From: Chiloscyllium plagiosum
Lineage: Eukaryota
Length of the DNA: 49,069 nt
Assembly: GCF_004010195.1 (NCBI RefSeq)
Contig: NC_057759.1
Location: 7,841,910 to 7,890,978, forward strand
Direction: 5' to 3'
Position 1 is the stretch's first letter. The number at the start of each line of letters is the position of its first letter. This document shows, in pieces, positions 46,760-49,069 of this stretch. The translations under genes and the position numbers were made by a program. The notes under the pieces are model-generated. The model saw only the letters and a list, made by a program, of their open reading frames with translations. It made no database searches and was not told the DNA's origin.

Positions 46760-47361
46760 GTATGTATTTGGAATCTATATCCTGGTACCCATATCAGATA
46801 ATCTAATTCACTTGCCTCATCCAAACTTAATTGTTTGATAATTTACAAATTTGTTTTGATTCTCATGAACAATTTCTTTGCATGAATTGGATCTTATGTG
46901 TCAAAAACATTTTTTGTATGACTTGGAGGAATTTATTTCTTTTGAATGATGTATTTCATGTAAAACAAATTTCACAATAGAATTCATCAATCAGTCAGAA
47001 TGAGCAAACAATGATGTTTATGAGCCACTGGTGTTAAATTCAAATAAATTACTTCACCTATTTGATAGCCACAAGGTTTTTTTAAAATCTTAGCTGTGGA
47101 GTGCAATATTAACATATCATATTGGAGGAAACAATTCAACAGAAACTGGTTTCAGGTAAGATGCCAAAGACTTTTAATGACCAACATCATGTGCTGTAGC
47201 TTACTTGCCAGGATGTTAGAAGGCCAGCACATGTTTGAAGTTGCAATGACCAAATCATCTTTAACAAAAGGAAAACCTGGATTAGCAAAATGTGAGGCTG
47301 AACAGATAGTTAAGAGACTGCTATGAGAAAATAGCAATTTACTGAAAGAACAAAGAATAAT

Positions 47362-48180
47362 ACAGATCAGAAATTGGCAAGCTGAAAGAAGACAGAGGAT
47401 GGTGGTTGATGGGAAATGTTCATCCTGGAGTTCTAGTGGTGTATTGCAAGGATCTGTTTTGGGACCACAGCTGTTCGTCATTTTTATAAATGACCTGGCT
47501 GAGGGCATAGAAGGATGGGTTAGTAAATTTGTGGAGGACACTAAGGTTGGTGGAGTTGTGGATAGTGCCAAAGGACGTTGTAGGTTACAGAGGGATATAG
47601 ATAAGCTACAGAGCTGAGCTGAGAGGTGACAAATGGAGTTTAATGTGGGAAAGTGTGAGGTGATTTGCTTTGGAAGGAGTAACAGGAATGCAGAGTACTG
47701 GGCTAATGGTAAGATTCTTAGTAATATCGATGAGCAGAGAGGTTAGAATTAGAATTCCTACAGTGTGGAAACAGGCCCTTTGGCCCAACAAGTCCACACT
47801 GACCATCCGAAGAGTAACCCACCCAGACGTATTCCCCTACCCTATATTTACCCCTGACTAATGCACTTAACCTACACATCACTGAACACTATGGGCAATT
47901 TAACACGGCCAATTCATCTAACCTGCACATCTGTGGATTGTGGTAGAAAACTCACGCAGATATGGGGAGAATGTGCAAACTCCACACGCACTTTCCCGAG
48001 GCTGGAATTGAACCTGGGTCTGTGGCACTGAGCCACCGTGCTGCCCTAATCTCAAGTCCATTTACATGGTTCCCTGAAAGTTGCCACCCAAGTTGGTAGG
48101 GTTGTTAAGAAGACATGTGATGTGTTAGCTTTTATTGGTTGAGAGATTGAATTTCAGAGCCGTGAGGGCATGCTGGAGTA
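47362..48180 (+). mobile_element. CR1 RT fragment in HERC1 intron 2, interrupted by a SINE
   Basis: SGVLQGSVLGPQLFVIFINDL...SKFVEDTKVGG. Confidence 0.88.
47743..48046 (-). mobile_element. HE1-like SINE
   Basis: Reverse-complement head gggcagcacggtggctcagtg...caggttcaattcc; central domain and tail. Confidence 0.9.
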
Positions 48181-48189
48181 TTGCCTACA

Positions 48190-49069
48190 GTTCTGGAGGT
48201 AGTATGGGCTGAAGTCAGAAATAGGAAAGGTGCAGTCACCTTGTTGGGTGTTTACTATAGGCCCCCCAATAGCAGCAGAGATGTGGAGAAACAGATTGGG
48301 AAACAGATTTTGGAAAGGTGCAGAAGCCACAGGGTCGTAGTCATGGGCGACTTCAACTTCCCAAATATTGATTGGAAGCTCTTTAGATCAAGTAGATTGG
48401 ATGGGGCGGTGTTTGCGCAGTGTGTCCAGGAAGCTTTTCTAACTCAGTATGTAGATTGTCCGACCAGAGGGGAGGCCATATTGGATTTGGTACTCGGTGA
48501 TTAGATTACTTACAGTGTGGAAACAGGCCCTTCGGCCCAACAAGTTCACTCCGCCCTGCCGAAGCGTAACCCACCCATACCCCTACATTTACCCCTTACC
48601 TAACACTACGGGCAATTTAGCATGGCCAATTCACCTGACCTGCACATCTTTGGACTATGGGAGGAAACCGGAGCACCTGGAGCGGTGTTTGTGCAGTGTG
48701 TCCAGGAAGCTTTTCTAACTCAGTATGTAGATTGTCCAACCAGAGGGGAGGCCATATTGGATTTGGTACTTGGTAACGAACCGGGACAAGTGATGGGCTT
48801 GTTAGTGGGTGAACCTTTTGGTGATGGTGACCACAATTCTGTGACTTTCACCTTGGTTATGGAGAGAGATAGGTGCGTGCAACAGGGTAGGTTTTACAAT
48901 TGGGGGAAGGGTAAATACGATGCTGTAAGACAGGATCTGAGGAGCATAAGCTGGGAGCATAGGCTGTCAGGGAAGGATGTCGTGGAAATGTGGAACTTTT
49001 TCAAGGAACAGATACAACGTGTCCTTGATATGTATGTACCTGTCAGGCAGGAAAGAAATGGTCGCGTGA
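48190..49069 (+). mobile_element. Young CR1 APE-domain fragment running off the window end
   Basis: GVYYRPPNS, MGDFNFPNIDW, PTRGEAILDLVL and GDGDHNSV motifs. Confidence 0.92.
48501..48677 (-). mobile_element. 5'-truncated HE1-like SINE flanked by a 97-bp direct duplication
   Basis: Tail ttagattacttacagtgtgg...; duplicated host sequence at 48402-48498 and 48678-48774. Confidence 0.9.

Noticed and set aside
46760..46801. C-terminal extension VCIWNLYPGTHIR* of the HERC1 ORF as a short isoform
   Set aside because: Homology ends exactly at a canonical GTATGT donor, so this is intron read-through; no evidence for intron retention.
47094..47155. Possible 62-nt frameshifting (poison) exon with ttag acceptor and CAG|GTAAG donor
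   Set aside because: Weak polypyrimidine tract, and such motifs arise by chance; unsupported without RNA-seq or conservation data.
1..49069. CRISPR array, prokaryotic operon or retron-like system
   Set aside because: The sequence is a vertebrate intron/exon region; repeats are dispersed retroelements, not repeat-spacer arrays.

Overview
Vertebrate genomic DNA, almost certainly from a cartilaginous fish (HE1/V-SINE-type SINEs with CR1 partner LINEs); the species cannot be determined from sequence alone. The only host gene feature is the first coding exon of HERC1 (exon 45804-46759, CDS 45830-46759, + strand). The ~45.8 kb upstream is probably intron 1, because no promoter or CpG island is visible. 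Most of the rest is nested, decayed retroelements: CR1 LINEs, a second CR1-group LINE family, HE1-like SINEs, Neptune- and Poseidon-type Penelope-like elements (PLEs), two probable solo LTRs, a truncated ERV-like 5' end with a tRNA-Ser PBS, and a MITE. The most notable signals are: (1) over a dozen intact, decayed or truncated minimal hammerhead ribozyme motifs of three types inside PLE repeats, with covariation and fold-back arrangements; (2) an apparently ORF1-less LINE whose 5' end is a tRNA-derived SINE head; (3) an ERV leader with PBS, splice donor and repeats; (4) a 97-bp target duplication; (5) a tiny uORF just before the HERC1 start. Assembly gaps lie at 2230-3199, 22655-22669 and 28363-29292. 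Nearly all ORF-track entries other than HERC1 are transposon remnants or noise. Boundaries of old repeats are approximate and family names come from motif recognition, not database searches.
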